A stretch of 63,546 nt of DNA, the filler included. It is 6 parts of 6 records of this genome, joined end to end, with 100 filler letters (N's around TTAATTAATTAA, not from the genome) between each part and the next. Parts side by side here need not be neighbours in the genome. Positions count along the whole stretch, not along the records: positions 34,290 to 49,502 come from DRR723986_46287; positions 49,603 to 57,948 come from DRR723986_46322; positions 58,049 to 63,546 come from DRR723986_46391; 3 more parts are not named here. One strand, written 5' to 3'. This document shows positions 49,317-58,560 of the stretch, piece after piece. A program made the translations under genes and the position numbers. Under the pieces are notes generated by a model. That model worked only from the letters and a program-made list of their open reading frames with translations, ran no database searches and was not told the DNA's origin. Each line of letters begins with the position of its first letter. Positions within the stretch are counted from its first letter, which is position 1.

Positions 49317-49502
49317 TTTGCTTTCTTTACTTCAACATATGTTGTAAAGATATTTTAATATGATTATCCGCAATGATGCGCGTCACATTAGATTCTTTGC
49401 TTAATAGATAGGGAGATCGAACCTTTGGCAACGCTCAGCACAAGTGACCGAAGACCGAAGTAGCCTCAATTATTAAGTTTAACATATCTTACATTGCTTT
49501 TG

Positions 49503-49602
49503 NNNNNNNNNNNNNNNNNNNNNNNNNNNNNNNNNNNNNNNNNNNNTTAATTAATTAANNNNNNNNNNNNNNNNNNNNNNNNNNNNNNNNNNNNNNNNNN
49601 NN
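49503..49602. other. Artificial contig linker
   Basis: N44-TTAATTAATTAA-N44. Confidence 0.98.
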
Positions 49603-49603
49603 G

Positions 49604-50551
49604 ATGCTGGAAGGCGAGCGCGAAAAGCTGCTTCAGATGGAAGACATGCTGGCGAACCGGGTCATTGGCCAGGCAGAAGCCATTCATGCGGTTTCCACTG
49701 CGGTGCGCCGGGCGCGTGCCGGTCTGCAGGATCCGAACAGGCCGATTGGCTCGTTCATGTTCCTCGGACCGACCGGTGTCGGCAAGACCGAGCTGACTAA
49801 GGCACTTGCGTCGTTCCTCTTCGATGACGACAGCGCAATGGTGCGGATCGACATGTCGGAATACATGGAGAAGCACTCCGTTTCCCGTCTGATCGGCGCT
49901 CCTCCCGGCTATGTCGGATACGAGGAAGGTGGTGCGTTGACGGAAGCCGTTCGGCGGCGCCCGTATCAGGTCGTGCTTTTCGACGAAATCGAAAAGGCGC
50001 ATAGCGACGTGTTCAACGTGCTGTTGCAGGTTCTGGACGACGGTCGGCTGACCGATGGTCAGGGCCGGACGGTCGACTTCCGCAACACGCTGATCATCAT
50101 GACCTCGAACCTGGGGGCCGAGTATCTGGTCAACCAGCCGGAAGGTCAGGATACGGATGCGGTTCGCGACGAGGTGATGAGCGCCGTGCGGGGTCATTTC
50201 CGTCCGGAGTTCCTGAACCGTCTCGATGAGATCGTGCTGTTCCATCGCCTGCAGCGGGCGCAGATGGCCGATATCGTCAAGATCCAGCTGGAGCGCCTGC
50301 GGGCTCTCCTCAGCGATCGCAAGATCACGCTGAAACTGGACGACGGCGCTCTCGGTTGGCTGGCTCAGAAGGGCTACGACCCAGCCTATGGAGCGAGGCC
50401 GCTGAAACGGGTGATCCAGAAGGACGTTCAGGATCCTCTCGCCGAAAAGCTGCTTGCCGGCGAAATCCTCGACGGCCAGACGGTGGATGTCACGGCTGGG
50501 TCAGACCGCCTGATGTTCCAGGTGGAAGGCTCCGAAAGCGCAGCCGCCTGA
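49604..50551 (+). CDS. clpB: ATP-dependent chaperone ClpB, 5'-truncated (NBD2)
   Basis: [50 protein letters not shown] and YGARPLKR. Confidence 0.95.
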   Translation: MLEGEREKLLQMEDMLANRVIGQAEAIHAVSTAVRRARAGLQDPNRPIGSFMFLGPTGVGKTELTKALASFLFDDDSAMVRIDMSEYMEKHSVSRLIGAPPGYVGYEEGGALTEAVRRRPYQVVLFDEIEKAHSDVFNVLLQVLDDGRLTDGQGRTVDFRNTLIIMTSNLGAEYLVNQPEGQDTDAVRDEVMSAVRGHFRPEFLNRLDEIVLFHRLQRAQMADIVKIQLERLRALLSDRKITLKLDDGALGWLAQKGYDPAYGARPLKRVIQKDVQDPLAEKLLAGEILDGQTVDVTAGSDRLMFQVEGSESAAA

Positions 50552-50580
50552 TCTGCGGCAGGCTGAAAGATATGAAAAGG

Positions 50581-50612
50581 AAACCCGCGGAAGGACACTT
50601 CCGCGGGTTTTT
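50581..50612 (+). terminator. Intrinsic terminator
   Basis: AAACCCGCGGAAG-GACA-CTTCCGCGGGTTT-TT. Confidence 0.88.
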
Positions 50613-50677
50613 CGTTTTGTGGCTCGATTGGCCCGGGCATTTGCGTTTTGTCAAACGGGCTCGCGAAAAGCTGTGGT

Positions 50678-50701
50678 ATTCATATATTCATAAATGTGAA
50701 A
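50678..50701. promoter_or_regulatory. ArsR-family (SqrR/BigR-like) operator candidate
   Basis: AT-rich island in GC-rich DNA; ATTC-N8-GAAA at 50686-50701 with core TTCA-N6-TGAA, upstream of the DUF2892 operon. Confidence 0.5.
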
Positions 50702-50757
50702 CAAGAGCCGCGCTTCGGTGAAACCCCAGGGCGGCTGATCCGATCAAGGAGACTCAG

Positions 50758-50961
50758 ATGACAGTCGATCGTGCAGTCATGATGTTTGCAGGTGCCATGG
50801 TGCTCTTGTCCCTGGCGCTGGGGTTTTACGTTTCGCCCTACTGGTATCTGCTCAACGCCTTTGTCGGCTTGAACCTGATGCAGGCATCCGTCACCGGCTT
50901 TTGTCCGGCAGCAATCATTTTCAAGAAGCTCGGCATGAAACCGGGAGTGGCCTTCTCGTAA
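50758..50961 (+). CDS. DUF2892 (YgaP-like) small membrane protein
   Basis: MTVDRAV..FAG and FVGLNLMQASVTGFCPA; AGGAG RBS. Confidence 0.9.
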   Translation: MTVDRAVMMFAGAMVLLSLALGFYVSPYWYLLNAFVGLNLMQASVTGFCPAAIIFKKLGMKPGVAFS

Positions 50962-50974
50962 GGCGGAGGACAAG

Positions 50975-52003
50975 ATGAGACGCGGTATCTTCATTTTCTT
51001 CCTTTTGACGCTGGCTGCAGCGTCGGGTGCCGCGCCGGTGGCTCGTGCCGGCGAATTTCTGGCCGAGCCGATCACCGTACCGGAAACCAAGGCTGTATTT
51101 GCCGAGGTCAAAAGCCGGACGGTCGTTCCTGCCCGTGCCCGCATTGGCGGAACCATAAAGACAATTTCCGTGCGCGAGGGTGATGTCGTGTCAGCTGATC
51201 AGGTCATTGCCCTGGTCGTTGACGAGAAAATTGCACTCGAGCTGGGGGCTGCGGAGGCCCGGATCGAGGTTCTGCGCTCCCAGCTTCACAATGCCCGCAC
51301 CGAGTTGGAGCGTGTGGAGCAACTGGTTGCCCGTGGCAGTGCGGCACAAAGCCGGCTGGACCAGGTGCGCACACAATTCGATGTGGTCACCAACCAGACC
51401 GTCGCGGCGGAATCGGAGATGGCGGTCGTACGCCAGCGTGCCAGCGAAGGCGAGATCCTGGCCCCCAATGCCGGACGCGTTCTGACAGTGCCGGTCACGG
51501 AAGGCTCGGTCATTCTGCCGGGAGAGGAGGTCGCCCGGATTGCCAGCGGCCGATACTTCCTGCGTCTCTCCATCCCGGAGCGACATGCCGCCCAAATAAC
51601 CTCAGGAGCGAAAGTCCTGCTGGGTGGGCGTGGTCTTGACCCCAAGCCCGAGACTGCGGAGGCCGGGAGCACCGCAACCCGGCAAACCTTCGGAACGATC
51701 GTGAAGGTCTATCCTGAAATTACCGAAGGCCGGGTGACGGCGGATGTCGATGTCGATGGTCTGGGAGACTATTTCGTCAACGAACGCACCCTTGTTCATG
51801 TGCCCGTCGGCGAGCGTCAGGTCATTGCGGTGCCGGAAGCTGCTCTTTCGATCCGGCATGGTGTCGATTATGTGCAGGTCGCCGTTGCGGCTGGCACCCA
51901 GGATGTCGCCGTGGTTCCAGGCGCAAATGTTCTTCACGACGGGACGGTTCTGGTCGAGATCCTGACAGGACTGCGTGCCGGTGATCGGGTGTTGGTGCCA
52001 TGA
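50975..52003 (+). CDS. RND efflux periplasmic adaptor (MFP)
   Basis: Signal peptide; ARARIGGTI..V.EGD.V, coiled coil, ILAPNAGRV and VEILTGLRAGDRV. Confidence 0.9.
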   Translation: MRRGIFIFFLLTLAAASGAAPVARAGEFLAEPITVPETKAVFAEVKSRTVVPARARIGGTIKTISVREGDVVSADQVIALVVDEKIALELGAAEARIEVLRSQLHNARTELERVEQLVARGSAAQSRLDQVRTQFDVVTNQTVAAESEMAVVRQRASEGEILAPNAGRVLTVPVTEGSVILPGEEVARIASGRYFLRLSIPERHAAQITSGAKVLLGGRGLDPKPETAEAGSTATRQTFGTIVKVYPEITEGRVTADVDVDGLGDYFVNERTLVHVPVGERQVIAVPEAALSIRHGVDYVQVAVAAGTQDVAVVPGANVLHDGTVLVEILTGLRAGDRVLVP

Positions 52004-55000
52004 AACTCGGTCTTGCCGGATGGCTGACCCGATCCTTCATCGGGTCACCGCTCACCCCGCTGTTTCTGATGGCTTCCCTTGCCCTCGGGCTGATTGCTCT
52101 TGTTGCCCTGCCACGTGAAGAAGAACCGCAAATCTCCGTGCCGATGGTCGATATTCATGTGGAAGCCAACGGCCTCAATGCGGATGACGCGGTCAAACTG
52201 GTGACGGAACCGCTGGAGACGATCGTCAAGGCGATCGATGGTGTCGAGCATATCTATTCCCAGACCCAGGACGACCGTGTGCTGGTAACGGCACGGTTTC
52301 TCGTCGGGACCGACGCGGACGCTGCCATCTTGCGCGTGCACGAAAAGATCCGCGCCAACATGGACCGGATCCCCGTCGGCATTCCGGAGCCGTTGATTGT
52401 TGGCCGGGGTATTGATGATGTCGCCATTGTCGTCGTTACGCTGACACCGACACCGGGGGGCGCCGAACGGTGGACGGCAAACGGGTTGACCCGGATCGCG
52501 CGCGAACTTCAGACCGAAATCGCCAAGCTCTCGGACATCGGTCTCACGTTCATCGTCGGGGAGCAGCCGGAAGCCATTCGCGTTGAACCTGACCCGGAAA
52601 AACTGTCGCTTTACGGAATTACGCTGCAGCAGCTGGCTGCCAAGATCGAGGGCGCCAACAAGTCCTTCCGCGCAGGCTATGTTCGCGAAGCCGGAGAGCA
52701 GCGCGTTCTGGTCGCAGGGGAGACGTTGCAATCGGCGGAAGAGATCGGAAATCTCTTCCTGACTGCCCGTGATGCCCGGCCCGTTTATGTGCGTGATGTC
52801 GCCCGCATCGACCTTGCCACTCAACCGGCAGAGCACAGGGTCGTCCATATTCGCAAGCAAGATGGAGCGTTGACCTTGGCCCCGGCGGTGTCGCTGGCCA
52901 TTGGCAAACGACCGGGCACCAATGCGGTGGTGATTTCCGATGAAATCGTTTCACGGCTTGAAGCAATTCGCGGAGATCTCTTTCCCGAAGGCGTGGATAT
53001 GGAGATCACCCGGAACTACGGTGAGACCGCCAATGAAAAAGCCAATGAATTGCTGTTCCATCTTGGGCTTGCGACAGTCTCCATTGTCGTCCTGATCGCA
53101 CTGGCGATCGGGTGGCGCGAAGCGCTGGTGACACTGGTGGTGATCCCGACGACGATCCTGCTCACGCTCTTTGCAGCCTACCTGATGGGCTACACAATCA
53201 ACCGTGTCAGCCTGTTTGCCCTGATCTTTTCCATCGGCATCCTGGTGGACGACGCCATCGTGGTGATCGAGAACATCGCCCGGCACTGGGGCATGTCGGA
53301 TGATCGCAGCCGGACGCAAGCCGCGGTGGAGGCGGTGGCGGAAGTCGGCAATCCGACCATCATCGCAACGCTGACGGTCATCGTCGCCCTTTTGCCAATG
53401 CTGTTCGTTTCTGGCTTGATGGGCCCCTATATGGCGCCGATTCCTGCCAATGCTTCGGCAGCGATGCTGTTTTCGTTCTTTGTTGCCGTGATGCTGACAC
53501 CCTGGCTGATGATGAAATTCGCTGGCCGCGGCGGAGGCCATTCCCATGCGCCTGCGGCCCATGGCGGGGCTCTGGGTCGTATTTACGCGAAGGTCGCCAG
53601 ACCGTTGATCGGTTCGCACCTGCGCGCCTGGGGCTTTCTGCTGATCGTCGGCGTCTGCACAATCGGTTCGCTTGCGCTGTTCTATACCACCGACGTTACG
53701 GTGAAACTGCTTCCATTCGACAACAAGGCGGAGCTGCAGGTGCTTTCCGATCTGCCGGAAGGGTCTTCGGTCGAGGATACGGACAGGGTTCTTCAGGAAA
53801 TTGTCGCCCGTTTGGGAGAGGTGCCTGAAATCCTGACGTTCCAGACTTATGCCGGCACTGCATCGCCTTTCAATTTCAACGGACTGGTTCGCCACTACTA
53901 TCTGCGGGCACTGCCTGAACAGGGTGACGTGCAGATCAATCTCACCGAGAAGGGGGAGCGGGACCGGACAAGTCATGACATCGCGCTGGATATCCGCGAG
54001 ATGCTGGCAGGTCTCGACCTACCCGCCGGTACTGTGTTGAAGGTGGTGGAACCGCCCCCGGGGCCGCCGGTTCTGGCGACGCTGCTTGCGGAAATCTATG
54101 GGCCCGATGCCGAAACCAGGCGCGCGGTTGCAAGCAAGGTTCGCCAGGCCTTCGAGAACGTGCCGTTCATCGTTGATGTCGACGATTCCTTTGGAACCCA
54201 GGCCGACCGGGTACGCATTGCCATCGATCAGGACCGGCTTGAATATCACCGGGTCGAGCAGGGCGATGTCTTCGACACCGTCCGGCGCCTCTATGGTGGA
54301 ACGGAGGTCGGTTATTCGCACCGTGGCCGGGCGCGTTATCCGATCCCGATCCGGATCCATCTAGCCAGGGGCGACATGGTGATCGGTGAAGCGGTGCTTG
54401 CAACGCCGGTGCCGGCCAATGCATTGCCTGGAGGCCGAGGCGTGATCGAGCTTGGCGACGTGGTGACGGTTCGCAGGGAAAAGACATCCTTTCCGGTATT
54501 CCGCCACAACGGGCGCGCGGTTGAAATGGTAACCGGCGAACTGGCAGGTGCGTTCGAAGCACCGGTTTACGGGATGCTGGCGGTTGGACAAAAGATCCAG
54601 AACATGGATTGGGGACCTGACGCTGAACCGGTGATCTCGTTCCATGGTCAGCCCGAAGACGAAACGCGGCCAACCCTGCTCTGGGATGGCGAGTGGGAAG
54701 TCACCTGGGTCACTTTCCGGGACATGGGAGGTGCCTTCATGGTGGCGATCCTGGGCATCTACTTCCTGGTGGTGGCCCAGTTCGGTTCCTTCAAACTGCC
54801 GCTCGTGATCCTGACGCCAATTCCGCTGACGCTGATCGGCATCATGCTGGGGCACTGGCTGTTTGCTGCGCCATTCACGGCGACATCGATGATCGGCTTC
54901 ATTGCACTTGCCGGCATCATCGTGCGCAACTCCATATTGCTGGTCGATTTCATCCAGCATTCGCGCACGCCCGACAAACCGCTTCTGGACGTTTTGCTGG

Positions 55001-55221
55001 AAGCCGGGGCAATCCGCTTCAAGCCGATCCTGTTGACAGCGCTTGCCGCCATGATCGGCGCTGCAGTTATCCTGACCGACCCGATATTTCAGGGGCTGGC
55101 GATCTCGCTGCTCTTCGGTCTGGCATCGTCGACGATCCTGACGGTTCTGGTAATCCCGGCGATCTACATGGCTCTGCGCCGCGACCAGGCACGACAGAAG
55201 GAAGTTTCGGAAGCTGGATGA
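52000..55221 (+). CDS. RND efflux permease (AcrB/CusA superfamily)
   Basis: PREEEPQISVP, GILVDDAIVVIENI, GIIVRNSILLVDF and RFKPILLT; 1073 aa; ATGA overlap with the MFP gene. Confidence 0.95.
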   Translation: MKLGLAGWLTRSFIGSPLTPLFLMASLALGLIALVALPREEEPQISVPMVDIHVEANGLNADDAVKLVTEPLETIVKAIDGVEHIYSQTQDDRVLVTARFLVGTDADAAILRVHEKIRANMDRIPVGIPEPLIVGRGIDDVAIVVVTLTPTPGGAERWTANGLTRIARELQTEIAKLSDIGLTFIVGEQPEAIRVEPDPEKLSLYGITLQQLAAKIEGANKSFRAGYVREAGEQRVLVAGETLQSAEEIGNLFLTARDARPVYVRDVARIDLATQPAEHRVVHIRKQDGALTLAPAVSLAIGKRPGTNAVVISDEIVSRLEAIRGDLFPEGVDMEITRNYGETANEKANELLFHLGLATVSIVVLIALAIGWREALVTLVVIPTTILLTLFAAYLMGYTINRVSLFALIFSIGILVDDAIVVIENIARHWGMSDDRSRTQAAVEAVAEVGNPTIIATLTVIVALLPMLFVSGLMGPYMAPIPANASAAMLFSFFVAVMLTPWLMMKFAGRGGGHSHAPAAHGGALGRIYAKVARPLIGSHLRAWGFLLIVGVCTIGSLALFYTTDVTVKLLPFDNKAELQVLSDLPEGSSVEDTDRVLQEIVARLGEVPEILTFQTYAGTASPFNFNGLVRHYYLRALPEQGDVQINLTEKGERDRTSHDIALDIREMLAGLDLPAGTVLKVVEPPPGPPVLATLLAEIYGPDAETRRAVASKVRQAFENVPFIVDVDDSFGTQADRVRIAIDQDRLEYHRVEQGDVFDTVRRLYGGTEVGYSHRGRARYPIPIRIHLARGDMVIGEAVLATPVPANALPGGRGVIELGDVVTVRREKTSFPVFRHNGRAVEMVTGELAGAFEAPVYGMLAVGQKIQNMDWGPDAEPVISFHGQPEDETRPTLLWDGEWEVTWVTFRDMGGAFMVAILGIYFLVVAQFGSFKLPLVILTPIPLTLIGIMLGHWLFAAPFTATSMIGFIALAGIIVRNSILLVDFIQHSRTPDKPLLDVLLEAGAIRFKPILLTALAAMIGAAVILTDPIFQGLAISLLFGLASSTILTVLVIPAIYMALRRDQARQKEVSEAG

Positions 55222-55313
55222 GCGGCAGGTTGATTGTCGCCGGCGTCAAGCTGGTGCCGGTCCCTCAGGCGGGGATTGAATGATCGAAGCCTGTCCGGAG
55301 TGCAGACATGAAC

Positions 55314-55356
55314 AAGTTCGGCCGGGGCACGAAGGCCCCGGCCGAACTTTGTTTTT
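55314..55356. terminator. Intrinsic terminator between convergent genes
   Basis: 15-bp stem AAGTTCGGCCGGGGC-ACGAAG-GCCCCGGCCGAACTT followed by TGTTTTT. Confidence 0.85.
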
Positions 55357-55364
55357 CAGGAGTG

Positions 55365-57338
55365 TCAGTTGATGGCAGCGATCCGCGACGGCTTGCGGAC
55401 ACGGTCCAGCAAGGTGTCGACGCGGTAGCGCTCGGTTTCGAACGCTGTGCGCATTTCACCATCCAGCGTACGGCCCTTCGGCAGCTTGATACGCATCGGA
55501 TCCATGTAACGGCCGTTGACGAGCACTTCATAGTGCAGGTGCGGGCCTGTCGACAGGCCGGTGGAGCCGACATATCCGATGATCTGGCCCTGGGTGACCT
55601 TGGATCCTTCGCGGATGCCGCTGCCAAAACCACTCATGTGGTTATAGGTCGTGGTGTAGCCGTTTGTGTGCTGCAGCTCGATACGGCGGCCATAGCCGGA
55701 GCTCCAGCCGGCCTTGACGATTGTGCCGTTCCCGGCCGCCATGATCGGCGTTCCGCGCGACGCAGACCAGTCCACACCGCGGTGCATCTTGGTGTAGCCA
55801 TGGATCGGGTGGCGGCGCATGCCGAAACCGGAGCGGAACTTGCCGCCATTGAGCGGCTTGCGGATAAGAAACTTCTTGGCGCTCTGACCGGTGTCATCAT
55901 AGAAATCGGTCACGCCGTCGTCTGGCGTGCGGAACCGGTAGAATTCCCGTGTGGTGTTGCCGGTGTTGAGCGCGGCATACAGGATCTTCGGCGGGCTGTT
56001 GTCGTCGCCGTCGGTGAAGAACAGCTCAAGGGCGTCGCCCGGCTGGACCCGCGCATTAAAGTCGACGTCAAAGGAGAACATGCGCACCAGATCGTTGATG
56101 ATCTCTTCAGGCATGTCCTGTTCGAGAGCCGTTTGGTAGAGGCTGTCGTAGATTGCCGGGGTCGGGCCACCGTAGGAAACACGGTCGGCTTCTTCAAAGG
56201 CATCAGCAAGGAACGTGCTGGGTTCCTTGGCCTCAATATAGGCGCCACTGTCCGAGCGGGCCACCGTAGCGCGGTGCTCCGTGTTCTCATAGAGGCTGAC
56301 GCGTTCAGGACGCATCCGCTCCAGATCGTCCGGCGACGGTGCGTAGGCGATCCGCAATCTTTGTCCTTCAGTCAGGTCCGAAATGCCGAACAGGCTTGAG
56401 AAGGCGGTCGAGATTGCAAGTGCTTCATCTTCGGTCGCGTCATAATCCATCATGACGTCGACCAGATCCTGGTCCTTGGTTACGGGAACGATGCTTTCGT
56501 CCATTCCGGCAAAGCGGATGTCCTCATCCTGTTTGGACACGAAGGAAACATTCTCCGGCGTGATGCGCACGGCGTAGCGTTCCAGGTCAGGCTGCAGGGC
56601 CAGATTGAAATCGAAGCGGCCCGGATCAACCAGGGATTTTGCCGCCATTTCGACAGCGTCAATAGAAAGAGTGCGCGCGGTTTCGCGAACGGCAAGCTCA
56701 ACTTCGGTTTCGGACGGCGTCCGGTCGAGGTCTATGTCCCCGCTGGAAGACGGGAAGGGGGCAAGCGAAATGCTGACTTCGCTTTCCAGCTTTGCGCCAT
56801 AGATGGAATCGGCTGGAAGCGGAGTGCCGGTTTCGGCAACACTGATGCCGCCATCATCGTCGTTATTGTCAGCGAACATGTTCAACGGATTGAACGGGGG
56901 AATGCGCTCCGCGAGTTCCGGATCCTTGCGGGTTGCAAGCGTTGCGCTGACGAAGACATGCGGCTGGACCCGAATATGATCCCTGTCACCTTCGCGGGTG
57001 ACCACATTAACGTCGATGACATGCTTGCTGGAATATTCGGCTGCGGTGCGCAGGACGCGATCGCCCTTGGCGCCACCACTGGACAGGGCAAAGCCGTTCA
57101 GAAATGCACCGGACGAGGGTGCGGCTTCCACACTGTATTGACCGTCGAGTGCCGCCATGAGGGCTCCACCCATCAATACAAGTGATGTCACGCCTGTCAG
57201 GACGGTACCTGCAAACCAGCGCAAAGACACCTGCCGACGGTCGGACATGCCACTGCGGCCTTCGTAGCCGCGCAGCGGCGGCTCTTCACCTAACTCTATA
57301 CGTAGGGTCTGCGCGCTATGGAAGGGCCCCAAATGCAT
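55365..57338 (-). CDS. M23 family metallopeptidase (MepM-like)
   Basis: N-terminal TM VSLRWFAGTVLTG; SGFGMRRHP, MHRGVDW, GYG, YNHM and STGPHLHYEV. Confidence 0.92.
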   Translation of the reverse strand: MHLGPFHSAQTLRIELGEEPPLRGYEGRSGMSDRRQVSLRWFAGTVLTGVTSLVLMGGALMAALDGQYSVEAAPSSGAFLNGFALSSGGAKGDRVLRTAAEYSSKHVIDVNVVTREGDRDHIRVQPHVFVSATLATRKDPELAERIPPFNPLNMFADNNDDDGGISVAETGTPLPADSIYGAKLESEVSISLAPFPSSSGDIDLDRTPSETEVELAVRETARTLSIDAVEMAAKSLVDPGRFDFNLALQPDLERYAVRITPENVSFVSKQDEDIRFAGMDESIVPVTKDQDLVDVMMDYDATEDEALAISTAFSSLFGISDLTEGQRLRIAYAPSPDDLERMRPERVSLYENTEHRATVARSDSGAYIEAKEPSTFLADAFEEADRVSYGGPTPAIYDSLYQTALEQDMPEEIINDLVRMFSFDVDFNARVQPGDALELFFTDGDDNSPPKILYAALNTGNTTREFYRFRTPDDGVTDFYDDTGQSAKKFLIRKPLNGGKFRSGFGMRRHPIHGYTKMHRGVDWSASRGTPIMAAGNGTIVKAGWSSGYGRRIELQHTNGYTTTYNHMSGFGSGIREGSKVTQGQIIGYVGSTGLSTGPHLHYEVLVNGRYMDPMRIKLPKGRTLDGEMRTAFETERYRVDTLLDRVRKPSRIAAIN

Positions 57339-57743
57339 TAATACCTGTCCGGTCCTTTTAAGCTATCGCGTGAATCCGAAGCCCGCAGCCCTGGGCCACG
57401 GCCAGTATGTTTCAGCGGTGCTAAACATAACAGATCCTGCTACATGCAGTGTTTGATTTAAATCGTCAATTGTTTCTGCACGGATGCCCACGAGGCGAAC
57501 CGCTTCGAGGTGGTGGGTTACGAGCAGAATTTGTCGGTTCTGTGGTCGCAATAGGGCTACGTGTCTTCTTTATAAGGGGGCTCATATGGGAGGCTGTGGG
57601 CATTCCCGTATTCCCGGAGCAAAAAAGACAAAAAGAAATCGAAAAAAATCCCGGGAGAAGACGAGGCTCCGGGACTAAATCGATGATTTAGATAAGGGAA
57701 TCCGTACGTTTTGGCTTGTGTGAATCTTTTTTGACAAAGAGTG

Positions 57744-57948
57744 TTGACTCATCTTCAGGCCATGCGTATAACGCCCTCCATCGACGGCGGCGCCGCCAAC
57801 ACGGCGCTCCTCGCTGTTGGTTCTACCAAACAACTTTGCCGCATCGACCTGGCAACAGGGAAGTGGTTCGGCGTCTTTGGTTGAAGGCTTTCAGGCCGCA
57901 TTTGCTGACTGGCGAATGGTTCTTTGACAATTTGATTATTGAAGGAAG
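57744..57948 (+). promoter_or_regulatory. rRNA operon promoter and leader (boxA); 16S gene lies beyond the contig end
   Basis: -35 TTGACT (57744-49), 17-nt spacer, -10 TATAAC (57767-72) and a GC-rich discriminator; boxA-like GTTCTTTGACAAT at 57919-57931. Confidence 0.8.
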
Positions 57949-58048
57949 NNNNNNNNNNNNNNNNNNNNNNNNNNNNNNNNNNNNNNNNNNNNTTAATTAA
58001 TTAANNNNNNNNNNNNNNNNNNNNNNNNNNNNNNNNNNNNNNNNNNNN
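57949..58048. other. Artificial contig linker
   Basis: N44-TTAATTAATTAA-N44. Confidence 0.98.
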
Positions 58049-58049
58049 C

Positions 58050-58193
58050 AAGTTCGTACCCATCATCATGCTGACCACGGAATCGGATGACAAATTGAAA
58101 AGTGAAGGGCAGGCGGCGGGCCTGAAAGCCTGGATGGTCAAGCCATTCAAGCCAGAACAAATGATTGCCGCAGTGAACAAATTGGTGGCCTAA
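58050..58193 (+). CDS. cheY: CheY-like response regulator, 5'-truncated
   Basis: Manual translation KFVPIIMLTTESDDKLKSEGQAAGLKAWMVKPFKPEQMIAAVNKLVA*. Confidence 0.88.
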   Translation, partial: KFVPIIMLTTESDDKLKSEGQAAGLKAWMVKPFKPEQMIAAVNKLVA

Positions 58194-58206
58194 AGCCGCA
58201 GGGAGG

Positions 58207-58557
58207 ATGCACATGCACAGCGAACTGATTATGCAAGAAGACCTTGAGAACGAGATGGAGAACAGCATCGCGACGTGCAAGCACACGCAAGTGGCTTTGG
58301 AGACTTTGACCATTGCGGATTGTGCAGGTCTGGTTGAAGTGATTCGTCAGTCCTTGAACCAGGGTATTTCGGTGGTGCTTGATTTGAGCAATTGCCAGGA
58401 AGTGGACACGGCAGGCATGCAAATGTTGGTGACCATTCAAAACGACCCTGCGGTAAACCTGCGAGTGCACTGGACCAAACCCTCAGAGGTTGTGGCCATG
58501 AAGGCTGCCCGGCTGGGCGTGCAGTCCTGGATCAACGCTGGTTTTTTGGAGAACTAA
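58207..58557 (+). CDS. STAS domain protein
   Basis: LTI...VVLDLSNCQEVDTAGMQMLV; located between cheY and cheA. Confidence 0.85.
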   Translation: MHMHSELIMQEDLENEMENSIATCKHTQVALETLTIADCAGLVEVIRQSLNQGISVVLDLSNCQEVDTAGMQMLVTIQNDPAVNLRVHWTKPSEVVAMKAARLGVQSWINAGFLEN

Positions 58558-58560
58558 GGC

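Noticed and set aside
49547..50245. 232-aa minus-strand ORF opposite clpB
   Set aside because: Antisense shadow of clpB that runs into the N linker.
52045..54960. Long minus-strand ORFs (271, 341, 199 aa) inside the RND gene
   Set aside because: Antisense shadows caused by high-GC codon bias.
55308..56399. 363-aa plus-strand ORF opposite the M23 peptidase
   Set aside because: Antisense shadow of a well-supported gene in GC-rich DNA; it starts in the terminator region and has no recognisable motifs.
57363..58000. Short ORFs upstream of the M23 gene
   Set aside because: They overlap the divergent promoter region and rRNA leader and have no coding signatures.
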